IMG/VR virus record: IMGVR_UViG_3300021411_000009
Location: 1 to 49,009 of that record
From: a virus
Lineage: Duplodnaviria > Caudoviricetes
Reading direction: 5' to 3' (one strand)
Length of the DNA stretch: 49,009 nucleotides
Below are positions 1-9,288 of this stretch, piece by piece (position 1 is the first letter of the stretch; the number at the start of each line of letters is the position of its first letter). The position numbers and the translations under genes are program-made. A model generated the notes under the pieces. That model saw nothing but the letters and a program-made list of their open reading frames with translations, did no database searches and was not told where the DNA came from.

Positions 1-861
1 ATCGATCTCGGTAGGCGCCTGAACCGTGTCTCTAAATTGAGCCGCGCTCTGTGGTGCTTGTAGCGCTGCGCCTTCCAGTGCTCCCTGGGCTAATCCTTGG
101 GTTATGCTTGGCGCGGTTCCTCCCGAACTAATTCTACTCGTAAGGGCATTACCCGCAATCGAGATTGGATCGTAGTTTCTGAGGAGTCTTGGGTCTTGTC
201 CAGATTCCGCCAGGTCCATGGCCTGTCCGGCGATTTCTCCCGTGGCTCCTAAAATTAGTCCTGGAAGCGTAAGCTGTGGCGCGAGTGCCGAAGCGATCAT
301 GCCGCCTGAGCGAACGGCTAGATTTCCCGCACGGTTAAATCCGGGCTGAATTGTATTCAGTGCACCACCAATATCTGCATTGGATACCTGATTCATTAGC
401 TGCGTGGAGATATCTCCAGCCGTCTGTTCACGCTGCGGAGCTTGGCCTACGCGCTGAAACGAATTTTCGCCCGTCTTTACGATCGCACCTAGATCTCGGT
501 CTTGGAACGCTTGGCCTACTGGAGCTGCCCTAAACTGTGCGGTAAACTGCGCCGCTTCAGATCCACCTTGGCCGGTAAGTCCTCCCAGGATATCGTAAGG
601 CCGTTCACGAGCAATCGGGCTAGCCTGAGATAAACTTAAAGTCTGTCCTCCTGCCGCTCGCGCGTCACGTAGGTTTAGGTTTGCTCCGATGTTTGGGACT
701 TGCGCCGAATAGGCAGCATTGGCCGCGCTAGCCATTCCCGCACCACTAGCCGGTCTAAGGCTTAGGAACGCAGCCTCTACATCCGCTTGGGTTGGCGGGT
801 GATCACCATCCATTTCGATGGTAGATCCAGTAACCGAATCTGTTACTTCGTAAGTTGGCAT
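1..861 (-). CDS. Large internal virion/ejection protein, N-terminal part (runs off the window; absent from ORF track)
   Basis: ATG at 861 overlaps the TAA of the upstream ORF (TAATG). Frame is open to base 1: MPTYEVTDSVTGSTIEMDGDHPPTQADVEAAF... Gly/Ala/Gln-rich; third gene of the ejection cluster. Confidence 0.7.
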   Translation of the reverse strand, partial: MPTYEVTDSVTGSTIEMDGDHPPTQADVEAAFLSLRPASGAGMASAANAAYSAQVPNIGANLNLRDARAAGGQTLSLSQASPIARERPYDILGGLTGQGGSEAAQFTAQFRAAPVGQAFQDRDLGAIVKTGENSFQRVGQAPQREQTAGDISTQLMNQVSNADIGGALNTIQPGFNRAGNLAVRSGGMIASALAPQLTLPGLILGATGEIAGQAMDLAESGQDPRLLRNYDPISIAGNALTSRISSGGTAPSITQGLAQGALEGAALQAPQSAAQFRDTVQAPTEID

Positions 862-1952
862 TACTTCTGCCTAACGGTAAATCTACCAGATTGTACGCCG
901 TTTGATGGAGCCACAGCTGGCTGTGTAAAGTATTGGCTCAACTCATCGACTGATGGCACGTCAGGAGGGCCAGGGTTGGGTGATGCAGGGCCTACAGGAA
1001 TAACCGGTAGCGTGGTTAATGGCTGGTCTGTGGCCGGAGCAGACGAGAAAGGATTGTGGTTATTTATCCAGTTTCTTATCCCGCCTGTTTGCGCGGGTGT
1101 AGTCGTAGTGGTTCCTCCAGCAGCTGCCTTGGCTCTAGCCGCCGCTATTTGTGCAGCGATCTCTGCATTCAAAGGATCAATTGTGCGATTTGGGTCTTGG
1201 CCTGTGCGAATTACGTTACCCTCATTGCCCGTTTTCGTATCAACATTATGAACCACCACTTCTCCGCCATCTAAGGTCGTGAACTGATTATAATGTGGAG
1301 AAAGTAATCGGCGGTTAGAAACGTCAATCTTGGCATTGCCTTGATTAAACTGATCTTGGATTCTTTGGGCATCTTGAAGCTGGCGGGCCTTACTTGTATC
1401 TGAGTTTGCTCTACGAATTTCGTTAAGCGATTTAGCTGCTTCCGCAGCCGCAGCCCTCGATTCAATAAGAGAATTGTTTAACGACCCTTGGTCCGCCGTA
1501 ACAAGCGGCTTAGACATCGAAGTGTATGGCGTTCTAGTCTGAGTCGTAGGATCATACTCAATGCCCGTGTCTTGAATTACTTGGTGGATTCTTCCTGTAG
1601 GCTGGCCGTCTGCGCCTATCTCGGGGACACCAACAATAGATTCTCCCTGCTTGTACCTGATCGGCAAAGACGCCTTACCCATTTCAATCCTAGCTAGTGC
1701 GTTCCGGTATGGAGCTTGCGCCTGAGATAGTTCTGTATCAGCTTGGATCTGTGCAAGTCTAGCCCGCGCCGCGTCCTGCTCAATCGGAGCTAAGATAGCT
1801 TTATTCCTCGTATTCTGAATGGCGTTAATCGCGCCAATCCCCGAGTTAAACCCAGCGATAGCTTCTCCTGGTCCGCGCCCAGCCAATTGCGCTCCATCCG
1901 AGAACTGAATATTTGGCATCACTTGGACGCCGAAGCCTGAGGTCGAAGGCAT
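861..1952 (-). CDS. Putative internal virion (ejection) protein
   Basis: 363 aa, Ala/Gln-rich helical segments, Pro-rich tail; sits between two similar genes after the tail genes. Confidence 0.55.
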   Translation of the reverse strand: MPSTSGFGVQVMPNIQFSDGAQLAGRGPGEAIAGFNSGIGAINAIQNTRNKAILAPIEQDAARARLAQIQADTELSQAQAPYRNALARIEMGKASLPIRYKQGESIVGVPEIGADGQPTGRIHQVIQDTGIEYDPTTQTRTPYTSMSKPLVTADQGSLNNSLIESRAAAAEAAKSLNEIRRANSDTSKARQLQDAQRIQDQFNQGNAKIDVSNRRLLSPHYNQFTTLDGGEVVVHNVDTKTGNEGNVIRTGQDPNRTIDPLNAEIAAQIAAARAKAAAGGTTTTTPAQTGGIRNWINNHNPFSSAPATDQPLTTLPVIPVGPASPNPGPPDVPSVDELSQYFTQPAVAPSNGVQSGRFTVRQK

Positions 1953-1958
1953 ATTTAT

Positions 1959-3149
1959 TTAAAGTTTAGTGCTAAAATCAAACGCCCCGCCAGAGCCAGC
2001 ATTGGTGTTGAACGTATTAGCCGGGATAGCCGTATTGCTCGGAGTGTTTAGCGTGGAGTTGAATGGCTGAGCGGTTGGGTTGTAATATGGCGTTACCGTA
2101 GAATTATTTTTATTGTTACTTGCAATAGCTCCAGCGCCTATGCCCCCAAGCTGGCCCAAGAGCTGAGCGTAATTATTCCCAGCCTGAGCATTGATCTGCC
2201 CCTGCTGCTGGATTGAACCCGCAGCCAAGTTAGAGTTACCAACGCTCAAGTTAGCCACAGCGCTTGGGTCCAATCCTACGACCGGTGACTGAATGCTCTG
2301 CCCAAACTGCGCTGCACTCAGATACTTTGCAAAGTCACCCGCACTCAAAGCCTGTAACGCCTGCGCCTGCTGCAACGCTTGATTCTGCGCAAACTGACTC
2401 TGACCAATCTGCTGCTGGTTATTATTCAGGTTGAAGTTACCGAGCGCTTGACCCGTACTAGCCGCGCTATTGATCTGGTTAAGTAGGTTCTGCTGGCTTT
2501 GCTGACCAAGCTGAAGGCTGGTTAAGCCAAGATCCCGCGCCGTCAAATCGCGGCCCAACTGCAATGATCCTGGAGCTACATTTCCTGCATTAGCTAGCGC
2601 ATTTCGCGTTGCCAAGTTACTCATCTCAGTCGAGAGTCTTGCTGTAGGAAGAGTGTTACCTGAAGCGAGATTAGCCTGTGCCGCGTTTGCCGCAGCCTGT
2701 AAGCCTGATGGCGTAGCTGCCGTAAGATTCGCGGCAGGATTATTCGCCTGGTTCATTAGGATCTGTCCTGCTTGCTGGTTGTACGGATTAGGTCCAAGTG
2801 CGGACAACAAATCCTGTACCGAATTCGTTCTAAGATTCGACACCTCAGGCGTGTACTGTTGCTCTAGTGCCCGTGAAGTCTTGTAGTTGGATAACGCCTG
2901 ATCCGTAGCCTTTTGGCCAACCGCATTGATATCCACTTTTCCTGCTTGTAAAGCAGCGTTAGCCGCTCCTTGCGCCGCCTTCTTTGACTGATTGGCGGAT
3001 ACACCACCTGCGACTATTCCTGCAACCCCTACGGCGGCCGCTACCCATGTGCAATAAGACTGATCGGTATGTTTGTGTGCCCGGCACTCTCTTCGAAATC
3101 TTGGGCTCTCATGTTCTGGGATAAGCCCATGAATATGGTTATAGATCAT
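1959..3149 (-). CDS. Putative DNA pilot/ejection protein
   Basis: 396 aa, Gln/Ala/Asn/Gly-rich; hydrophobic WVAAAVGVAGIVAGG segment followed by SKKAAQGAANAA, typical of podovirus small ejection proteins; ATGA-coupled to the cupin gene. Confidence 0.6.
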   Translation of the reverse strand: MIYNHIHGLIPEHESPRFRRECRAHKHTDQSYCTWVAAAVGVAGIVAGGVSANQSKKAAQGAANAALQAGKVDINAVGQKATDQALSNYKTSRALEQQYTPEVSNLRTNSVQDLLSALGPNPYNQQAGQILMNQANNPAANLTAATPSGLQAAANAAQANLASGNTLPTARLSTEMSNLATRNALANAGNVAPGSLQLGRDLTARDLGLTSLQLGQQSQQNLLNQINSAASTGQALGNFNLNNNQQQIGQSQFAQNQALQQAQALQALSAGDFAKYLSAAQFGQSIQSPVVGLDPSAVANLSVGNSNLAAGSIQQQGQINAQAGNNYAQLLGQLGGIGAGAIASNNKNNSTVTPYYNPTAQPFNSTLNTPSNTAIPANTFNTNAGSGGAFDFSTKL

Positions 3150-3613
3150 TTTATTCCTAAAAGTTGTTGGGCCTGCTTGGTCTCAAGACCGGTGTGCGCG
3201 TTTACGTGCGGCTCAATTATCTCGGCCTCTACTTCTTCAACGGTGGTTTTGGTTGTTGGATGGTAGGTGATCCAAACACAATCTTCGTGGATATAGAGAA
3301 TCCTTCGCGTGTTCGGGTATGTCGTTCCGTTGTGTGGCGAAGAAAGTTCAATTACTCCATCACGCTCGGTCCAAACCGAAACCCGTCCCTTTGCAATAAC
3401 GAAGGGATGTTCTGTCCGATGAATCTTCGAGGTAAGCAGTGTTCCAGCGGGCATGAATATTTCGCGGCAATAAAGCCCGGGCGTGAATTTATGCTTAACT
3501 GCAAGCTCTCTTTGCGGTAAAGAAAACAGCTTGGCCTCGATGGCATCAATTTGGATGCGCGGCTCAAGCGTGTCTATCTCTGGCGGAACTTCAGCTATGA
3601 TTTGAGTGATCAT
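3146..3613 (-). CDS. Cupin-fold phage protein
   Basis: HKFTPGLYCREIFMPAGTLLTSKIHRTEHPFVIAKGRVSV...YIHEDCVWITYHPT, a cupin-like beta pattern with H-x3-H. Confidence 0.7.
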   Translation of the reverse strand: MITQIIAEVPPEIDTLEPRIQIDAIEAKLFSLPQRELAVKHKFTPGLYCREIFMPAGTLLTSKIHRTEHPFVIAKGRVSVWTERDGVIELSSPHNGTTYPNTRRILYIHEDCVWITYHPTTKTTVEEVEAEIIEPHVNAHTGLETKQAQQLLGIK

Positions 3614-4590
3614 GCGCTTCTGACCATCAGGCCACTGAACTGTGCACCGGCTGGACCACCACCGCCGACCAAGATTCCAGATGGCGCACTTACGGTTATC
3701 GTATAGTCAAGGGTAATGTAAACCTGATCGCCGATGTTCATGAGAACTGGGCCGACCGTTACGGCCTGAGATGTAGCGGCAGCTGGATTGACTTGAGACT
3801 GTAGCGCGTTACCAGCTAGCCCTACGCCAGCATTTTTAAGGATATTGCAAATCGTGCCAAGATCGGTTGTGTTTGAGTCATCTGCACTAACCTGAAGGAT
3901 GACGTTGAATATGTAGTAGCCGTTGGCTGGGCAGGTATATTTGTTGCCAGAGAAGCAGCTATCTGGATCTGCCGCGACTACGTTGAAAATAGGAACAATC
4001 GTGCCGCTGTCAGAAACTGCAATCGCTTGATGCTGGGATGATCCCATGACGACCTGAAACGCGCCTTTACCAAACGCTACGCCCTGAACAGCGGTGGCGA
4101 TCGCCGTGTTCATCTGTGAAGTCGTAGAGTACGGCAATAGCGCAGCAGCAATCTTATTGTCGATTATCGTATTGGCATCAACAGTCTTGGTGTAGAGCGC
4201 AAACGTGTCTTCGTAGACGTCGTGCCACGCGCCGCTAGAGAAATATTGAATCGACTGCGCTTTCCCTGAACCATCTAGACTACCCCAAAATGTGTAAAAA
4301 TTGTGATCGGGAGCGCCGTTCTGAAAGATATACATTAGGCTCTGACTCTCGATTACCTGAGGAACGTAAGCTGCCGTTGGCGTATCGAACACGTACCAGG
4401 TCAATCCATTCTTAAGCCAAGGGCCTACGTTTGAGGTTGGCGCAGTTGGTCCCGAAACGAAGAATGAGATCGTCGTTGGAGATTCAATCGACATACGCGC
4501 CACAAGCGCATCCGCAAACTCCTGCGGTGTGTAGTCCGCATTTGTAGGAAACGGGGAAACTCGAAAGGCGACTGGAATTAAACTGCTCAA
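3610..4590 (-). CDS. Tail fibre/receptor-binding protein with C-terminal C1q-like domain
   Basis: C-terminus AFQV...IFNVVAADPDSCFSGNKYTCPANGYYIFNV...FSGLMV matches the C1q/TNF-like pattern; located in the tail module. Confidence 0.6.
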   Translation of the reverse strand: MSSLIPVAFRVSPFPTNADYTPQEFADALVARMSIESPTTISFFVSGPTAPTSNVGPWLKNGLTWYVFDTPTAAYVPQVIESQSLMYIFQNGAPDHNFYTFWGSLDGSGKAQSIQYFSSGAWHDVYEDTFALYTKTVDANTIIDNKIAAALLPYSTTSQMNTAIATAVQGVAFGKGAFQVVMGSSQHQAIAVSDSGTIVPIFNVVAADPDSCFSGNKYTCPANGYYIFNVILQVSADDSNTTDLGTICNILKNAGVGLAGNALQSQVNPAAATSQAVTVGPVLMNIGDQVYITLDYTITVSAPSGILVGGGGPAGAQFSGLMVRSA

Positions 4591-4600
4591 GATTTAGTCC

Positions 4601-5974
4601 TCAAGGATTTGAAAGCACACGTTGAACTTCAATCGTTACGTTCACATCCAAAGTGTGCAAATTGTCTTTTGTTTGTGCCTCGTCGAACACAAAAACGAAA
4701 ACAGTATTACCTGATGAAGTAAGCTCAATTCCTCGAAAATCAGTCCTATTCCCATCGCCCACTCCAAAATGGAAAACCCAATCTCTATTAAATGTCCCCG
4801 CTGAATAGCTTGCCCTAGCTATTGTTGAAGATGCAGATGTAGTTCCAGCAGAATAATTGTTACCAAATGTAGGCAATGTGGTTCCTGTTGCAATACGTAA
4901 TGCGCTATTACCTCCGCCAATAAATGATGCATCCCCTATTTCATAGGCAGATGCAGAATTAACCGAAGATCCTCCGGAAGTATTAACCGTACCTAAAACA
5001 GTAACTGAAAAAGGATTTCCAAGATTGTAATTTCCGGTAAGTAGCGTAGACGGCGCGACGGGCCAACCAGTAATAGCGTAGGATCCCGACGAGTTAGTAC
5101 TCGGAACGGTTACTGTTAGCGTGTAGACGACTCGAAGGGATTGCCCGGTTAGCACCGTAACGGTGCCGCCACTAATAAGTGTCCTAGAAAAAAGATTAGA
5201 TCCAGAAGACGTAGTATAAGACCATCCAAGTTCCGAATAATTAATGTTAGAACCCTCTGCCGAGAAATCATAAGTTCTCAGCATAGACTGAGACGAAGAC
5301 GTGTTACTTGTACCACAATTTCCAGATCCAGTAAGATAACTGTTACTGCGCTTTACTTCAGTATCAAGTCCGGTTTGATTTACTGCGTAAACACAGAATA
5401 ATGTGGGCGATGCAATCGCAAGAGAAGCGCTTAGCGTGGCATGGGTTGCGTCTACAAATGTAATATACCGCTGCTCGCCCGTGTCGAAGTTGATTAATTG
5501 CCCCGTCATTCCAGATGTGAAAAAAGAACCGCTACTCGTAACGGTCGTACTCGCTGCTGTCGCAGTAACTGCGCCCGAATCTGTAAATGTAGGAGTAGTT
5601 CCTGTTCCAACCACACATGCTGTGAATGCATTGCACCACGCAAGGCTAGTCATTATGCTATTTAGGCCCTGGTCTAATATGAGATTATGACCCTCAATTG
5701 GACCGCCAACCATCACTCGCTGATCTCGGTTAGAATCAAGTAAACCACGATTTTCTTCCACTAATTTACTTAGAAAAACATCGTGGTTTTTCTTTTGCTC
5801 ATAGGTTAACGAAAGGTACGCCCCTGCGCTTCCATCATAGTCTTCCGAGAGCCCAGCATAACGCCCTGAAAACCGTCTTAGGACAGCTAGGGTAGGGTGC
5901 TCAACTACCTGAAGCTTGTAGCGCCCTGCTGCGCCGCTTTTCTGGGCAGGAAGTCGAATAGCCTGAGAATTCAT
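4601..5974 (-). CDS. Tail fibre/tail-tip structural protein
   Basis: Ser/Thr/Gly-rich 457 aa; NLILDQGL...CVVGTGTTP, NYSELG...LFSRTLI...TVTVLTGQSLRVVYTL and TKDNLHTLDV motifs recall phage tail proteins. Confidence 0.6.
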   Translation of the reverse strand: MNSQAIRLPAQKSGAAGRYKLQVVEHPTLAVLRRFSGRYAGLSEDYDGSAGAYLSLTYEQKKNHDVFLSKLVEENRGLLDSNRDQRVMVGGPIEGHNLILDQGLNSIMTSLAWCNAFTACVVGTGTTPTFTDSGAVTATAASTTVTSSGSFFTSGMTGQLINFDTGEQRYITFVDATHATLSASLAIASPTLFCVYAVNQTGLDTEVKRSNSYLTGSGNCGTSNTSSSQSMLRTYDFSAEGSNINYSELGWSYTTSSGSNLFSRTLISGGTVTVLTGQSLRVVYTLTVTVPSTNSSGSYAITGWPVAPSTLLTGNYNLGNPFSVTVLGTVNTSGGSSVNSASAYEIGDASFIGGGNSALRIATGTTLPTFGNNYSAGTTSASSTIARASYSAGTFNRDWVFHFGVGDGNRTDFRGIELTSSGNTVFVFVFDEAQTKDNLHTLDVNVTIEVQRVLSNP

Positions 5975-5975
5975 T

Positions 5976-7328
5976 TTATGTGTAGGAGCCTGTTCCGGGT
6001 TTTACTAACAGCGTACCATTTTCGGTATATGAACCACCTGGCACAATTACTTGAGTGTAAACGCCAGTTGACGGCAAGACAGAGACCAAAGAAGTATCGG
6101 TGTAAGTTCCACCATCAACTATCGTTAAGAGATAAGACCCTGTACCTGGTAAAACCGCAAGGGAAGAATCATCGGAATAAGAACCAGCAGGAACCACCGT
6201 AAGAACGTAATTACCCGTAGACGGACTCAAGGCCAAAGAAGACGCATCGGAATAAGGCCCCGTAGCTATCGTGGTTAGGGTATACACCCCCGACGCCGGA
6301 AGCAGAAAAACCGATCCAGTATCCGATGAAATGACTGGAAACGGAGGATAAATCTCGGACCTAGCCAGCCAATAGCGGCCAGCCGCATCGGTAAAATAAA
6401 GGTTCTGGTGGCTAGCGTAGGCATCCGTTTTCGTAATTCTGACGGCTTGAGGAGAAGGCGAAAGTTGGGTATGCTCGGTAAGGAAGTTCTCCCGCTGGAT
6501 TCTGACTTGAATTGCTCCAACCCTAACGTAAAAGCAGGTTAGATCCGTAAGAGCATTATCTGGCTGAAGGACACCGTCAAAATAAAGCTTTGGTGTATCC
6601 CCAGCGAAGGTTATGAAGGTTGGTGTTCCGCCAACATAGCGCCTAAGTAGGATGGTCCCGCCCGTTATTTGAAAGGCAAAGCAGGGTCTAGCGTTAGCAT
6701 CAAACGAGATGGACATGTAGGTGATGTCCTCTTGGTCGATTCCAGTAAATAGGTCTGACGGTACTGGAAGCTGAGTTATGCTCTCCTTCCCGTAGGCGTA
6801 GGATCCACCCGACTCGCGCACAAACCACCTTTGAGAATAAGGCTCCGGCTGCGTTATGCCCTCTTCCTCTGGCCCGTCGCAGAAATCACAGGTTGGACAC
6901 GTCGTCCAATTATGGAGCTCGGAAACATAAGGCTCTATCTCTTCGGCTATGTCTTCGATGGGTAAAAGCCCATAGTATGTCGTTCCAGAATTGGTGTAGA
7001 GATTAGAAAGCGAACCAAAATTAGGCGTGTCTGGCAACGGGTCATCGCTGTAGCAGCAAACGAGCTGGGCTATGGCTTCTGCTGTTGCTGCCGCCAAAGC
7101 CTTAGCGTTTGCATCAGCCTGCGAGACGAAGCTCTGGTAGGTATTAGCTAGGATCGTTACCGTTACGCTTGGGAACCCAGGAAGATCGCAGTTTGCTGTG
7201 TACGTCTGCGGAGTATTTCCGTAAACTAGGACTGCATTGTCTATCGGGAAGGCGATATAGTTAAGTGAAACAACCCTTGGAGAATAGGGAGAAAGCTTTT
7301 TGAAAGATGTACTGCTACTGGATTTCAA
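5976..7328 (-). CDS. Tail-associated structural protein with DUF5977-like N-terminal motif and C-terminal repeats
   Basis: YQSFVSQADANAKALAAA motif; central ISFDANARP...FYVR...RIQRENF domain; five ~25-aa repeats. Confidence 0.55.
   Translation of the reverse strand: MKSSSSTSFKKLSPYSPRVVSLNYIAFPIDNAVLVYGNTPQTYTANCDLPGFPSVTVTILANTYQSFVSQADANAKALAAATAEAIAQLVCCYSDDPLPDTPNFGSLSNLYTNSGTTYYGLLPIEDIAEEIEPYVSELHNWTTCPTCDFCDGPEEEGITQPEPYSQRWFVRESGGSYAYGKESITQLPVPSDLFTGIDQEDITYMSISFDANARPCFAFQITGGTILLRRYVGGTPTFITFAGDTPKLYFDGVLQPDNALTDLTCFYVRVGAIQVRIQRENFLTEHTQLSPSPQAVRITKTDAYASHQNLYFTDAAGRYWLARSEIYPPFPVISSDTGSVFLLPASGVYTLTTIATGPYSDASSLALSPSTGNYVLTVVPAGSYSDDSSLAVLPGTGSYLLTIVDGGTYTDTSLVSVLPSTGVYTQVIVPGGSYTENGTLLVKPGTGSYT
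5979..6329 (-). repeat. Five tandem ~25-aa repeats (YxDxxxLxxxPxTGxYxLTxVxxGx)
   Basis: SSDTGSVFLLPASGVYTLTTIATGP / YSDASSLALSPSTGNYVLTVVPAGS / YSDDSSLAVLPGTGSYLLTIVDGGT / YTDTSLVSVLPSTGVYTQVIVPGGS / YTENGTLLVKPGTGSYT. Confidence 0.85.
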
Positions 7329-9283
7329 AAGAGTCCGATCTCCTGATAGACGTAGTTGCGGGCCGCGATTTCGGCGTTACGCATCGCGTCCTCCTGAGTT
7401 GTCCAAGATTTACGAGTTGCCGTGTAAGACACCTGTTGATTCGTAACCGTGCTAAGCTGAGTGAACGTAGAGGTAGCGCTGTATTCTGGAATGGGTCTAT
7501 CCGTGTCAAAGAAGCTCTTAGATCCGCAGCCATCCGGCGTCAGCAAGTTAGGTTGCTCCTCATCATCCTCACAGGTCCCTTGGTAGGGAGTTGTGAATCC
7601 GTACGAGAACATTCGATAGGCCGATAATCCTGCGATACCAGACCAAACGATGAGTAGGCCAAACGACTTATCGACCATGCCCTTGAACTCCGATTCAATG
7701 CAGTCCTCGTTGCAGAGCGATGGTTGTTCTGGGGTCTGCGTTCGCATGATCCTACCTTGGCTCTTGCTGCTCGCAAACTTCCTTCCCGACGCGCCATACT
7801 TAACGCCCGAGTAAACCTGTCCTTTTGTGGCTACGACCTCTTTGGTCATGCATGGCTGAAACGCGCCTTTACTTCCGCCCACAGCCACCATGAACGACGT
7901 TTCGCCTACAATCTCCTTGGCTTCAATTTCGGCATAGTTGAAAGTCTTGTAATCCCGATTCTGAAATAGGTGTTGCTTAGTCTGAACAAAGGACGTGATT
8001 GCCACGCCGTTGTCAGTCTTATCCGATAGGAACGCCTCCCAAACCCTGAGATTGTTATCATAGTCAACCGATCCAAAGAAAACGCGCTCCTCTGATCCAA
8101 TGATGCCCCGCGCCCACTCAATTGGTCTCCAGCCCGCCCAGTATCCACACCAAGCATTCTGATTTCCTTCGAACGGAGCTTGGTCTAAAACCCATGTGTG
8201 CCTATTGTACTTGTCCCCGTTCGGTACGGATTCAACAAGGTAGTTCTCAATGAAGCATCCACAGACTCCGCTTAGATCGTAGGAAAGATTGAACTTAGAA
8301 TCAAACATCTGGTTGTCCTGGATGTCGATTCGTGAGCTGACGTTGCTTTGCGTGGCGCTGTTCATACTGATCATGCCCTTAGCGCTCATCCACCAGACTA
8401 GCCCGTATTGCTTGACGATGGACCGCGCCGAAACGCATCCTACCTCGGGCAAGATCGTAACCTGGAAATGCTGAGTAGCTAGCCACTGAGTTCTGTCCTG
8501 GATAGACGAAAGAAGTAGCGTGCCCGTGCGCTCGGTGAAGCAGACGATGCCCTGGGGAATTCCGTTACTGTCCTCAATTTCTACGATTCCTGTGCACTCG
8601 TCTGGTAGATAAAACGCGCGGCCCTCATTGAGGTACTGAGTCTCAGTGAATTTTAGCGGGTTTCCAATATCGGAAGCAAAGATCTGGTTGCCGCGACTTA
8701 CCCACAGCCGGTTATTCGACCACTTCATCCAAAGCCCCATCGGCGTTTCATCTAGGCCAATCTGAGTTACCAGATTTCCGTCTGAGTCTAGGAGTGTACT
8801 CTTGGTTGGATTTAGGTGCCGCGCTACCGTACCGTCCCAATAGGCTGCTCGGGTTAGGCCGTCCTGCATCACGAGCACAGAGTAGGGAACATCCTCGAAA
8901 ATGAGTACGCCGGCGGCATCGTAGCTAGTCGTTTTCAAGCATGTCTCCCACGCAATGTACTTAGACGTTAAGCTAAACTTTACGCCTTTAAGGAGAGCAT
9001 ACGTGTCAAAAGGATATGCAGAGGTGTAGACGTCTCCGGAAACTACGAAAACTAGATGGCCTACGCCAGATGCGGGCTTGAAAAAAGTGAGCCCCTGAAA
9101 ATTTCCTCTAGGTAACGTGAAAAGCGTTTTTGTACCTGGTCGCGTTTGAACTATACCGCCGCGCACCGTAACGTTCATTCCGCTAACAAAACAGTTGTCC
9201 GAGATTTGAGTCGGGGCAACGTACGAATTCGCGCCCAAGCTTAAATATGCTGAACCATCGACGAGTAATGGAGTGTCCGGCAT
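7325..9283 (-). CDS. Tail nozzle/stabilisation protein (tail tubular B / P22 gp10-like)
   Basis: 652 aa beta-rich; starts NVTVRGGIVQTRPG; NNRLWVS...IFASDIGNP and VGCVSARSIV...VWWMS propeller-like blades; follows the adaptor-like gene. Confidence 0.7.
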   Translation of the reverse strand: MPDTPLLVDGSAYLSLGANSYVAPTQISDNCFVSGMNVTVRGGIVQTRPGTKTLFTLPRGNFQGLTFFKPASGVGHLVFVVSGDVYTSAYPFDTYALLKGVKFSLTSKYIAWETCLKTTSYDAAGVLIFEDVPYSVLVMQDGLTRAAYWDGTVARHLNPTKSTLLDSDGNLVTQIGLDETPMGLWMKWSNNRLWVSRGNQIFASDIGNPLKFTETQYLNEGRAFYLPDECTGIVEIEDSNGIPQGIVCFTERTGTLLLSSIQDRTQWLATQHFQVTILPEVGCVSARSIVKQYGLVWWMSAKGMISMNSATQSNVSSRIDIQDNQMFDSKFNLSYDLSGVCGCFIENYLVESVPNGDKYNRHTWVLDQAPFEGNQNAWCGYWAGWRPIEWARGIIGSEERVFFGSVDYDNNLRVWEAFLSDKTDNGVAITSFVQTKQHLFQNRDYKTFNYAEIEAKEIVGETSFMVAVGGSKGAFQPCMTKEVVATKGQVYSGVKYGASGRKFASSKSQGRIMRTQTPEQPSLCNEDCIESEFKGMVDKSFGLLIVWSGIAGLSAYRMFSYGFTTPYQGTCEDDEEQPNLLTPDGCGSKSFFDTDRPIPEYSATSTFTQLSTVTNQQVSYTATRKSWTTQEDAMRNAEIAARNYVYQEIGLF

Positions 9284-9288
9284 TTAAC

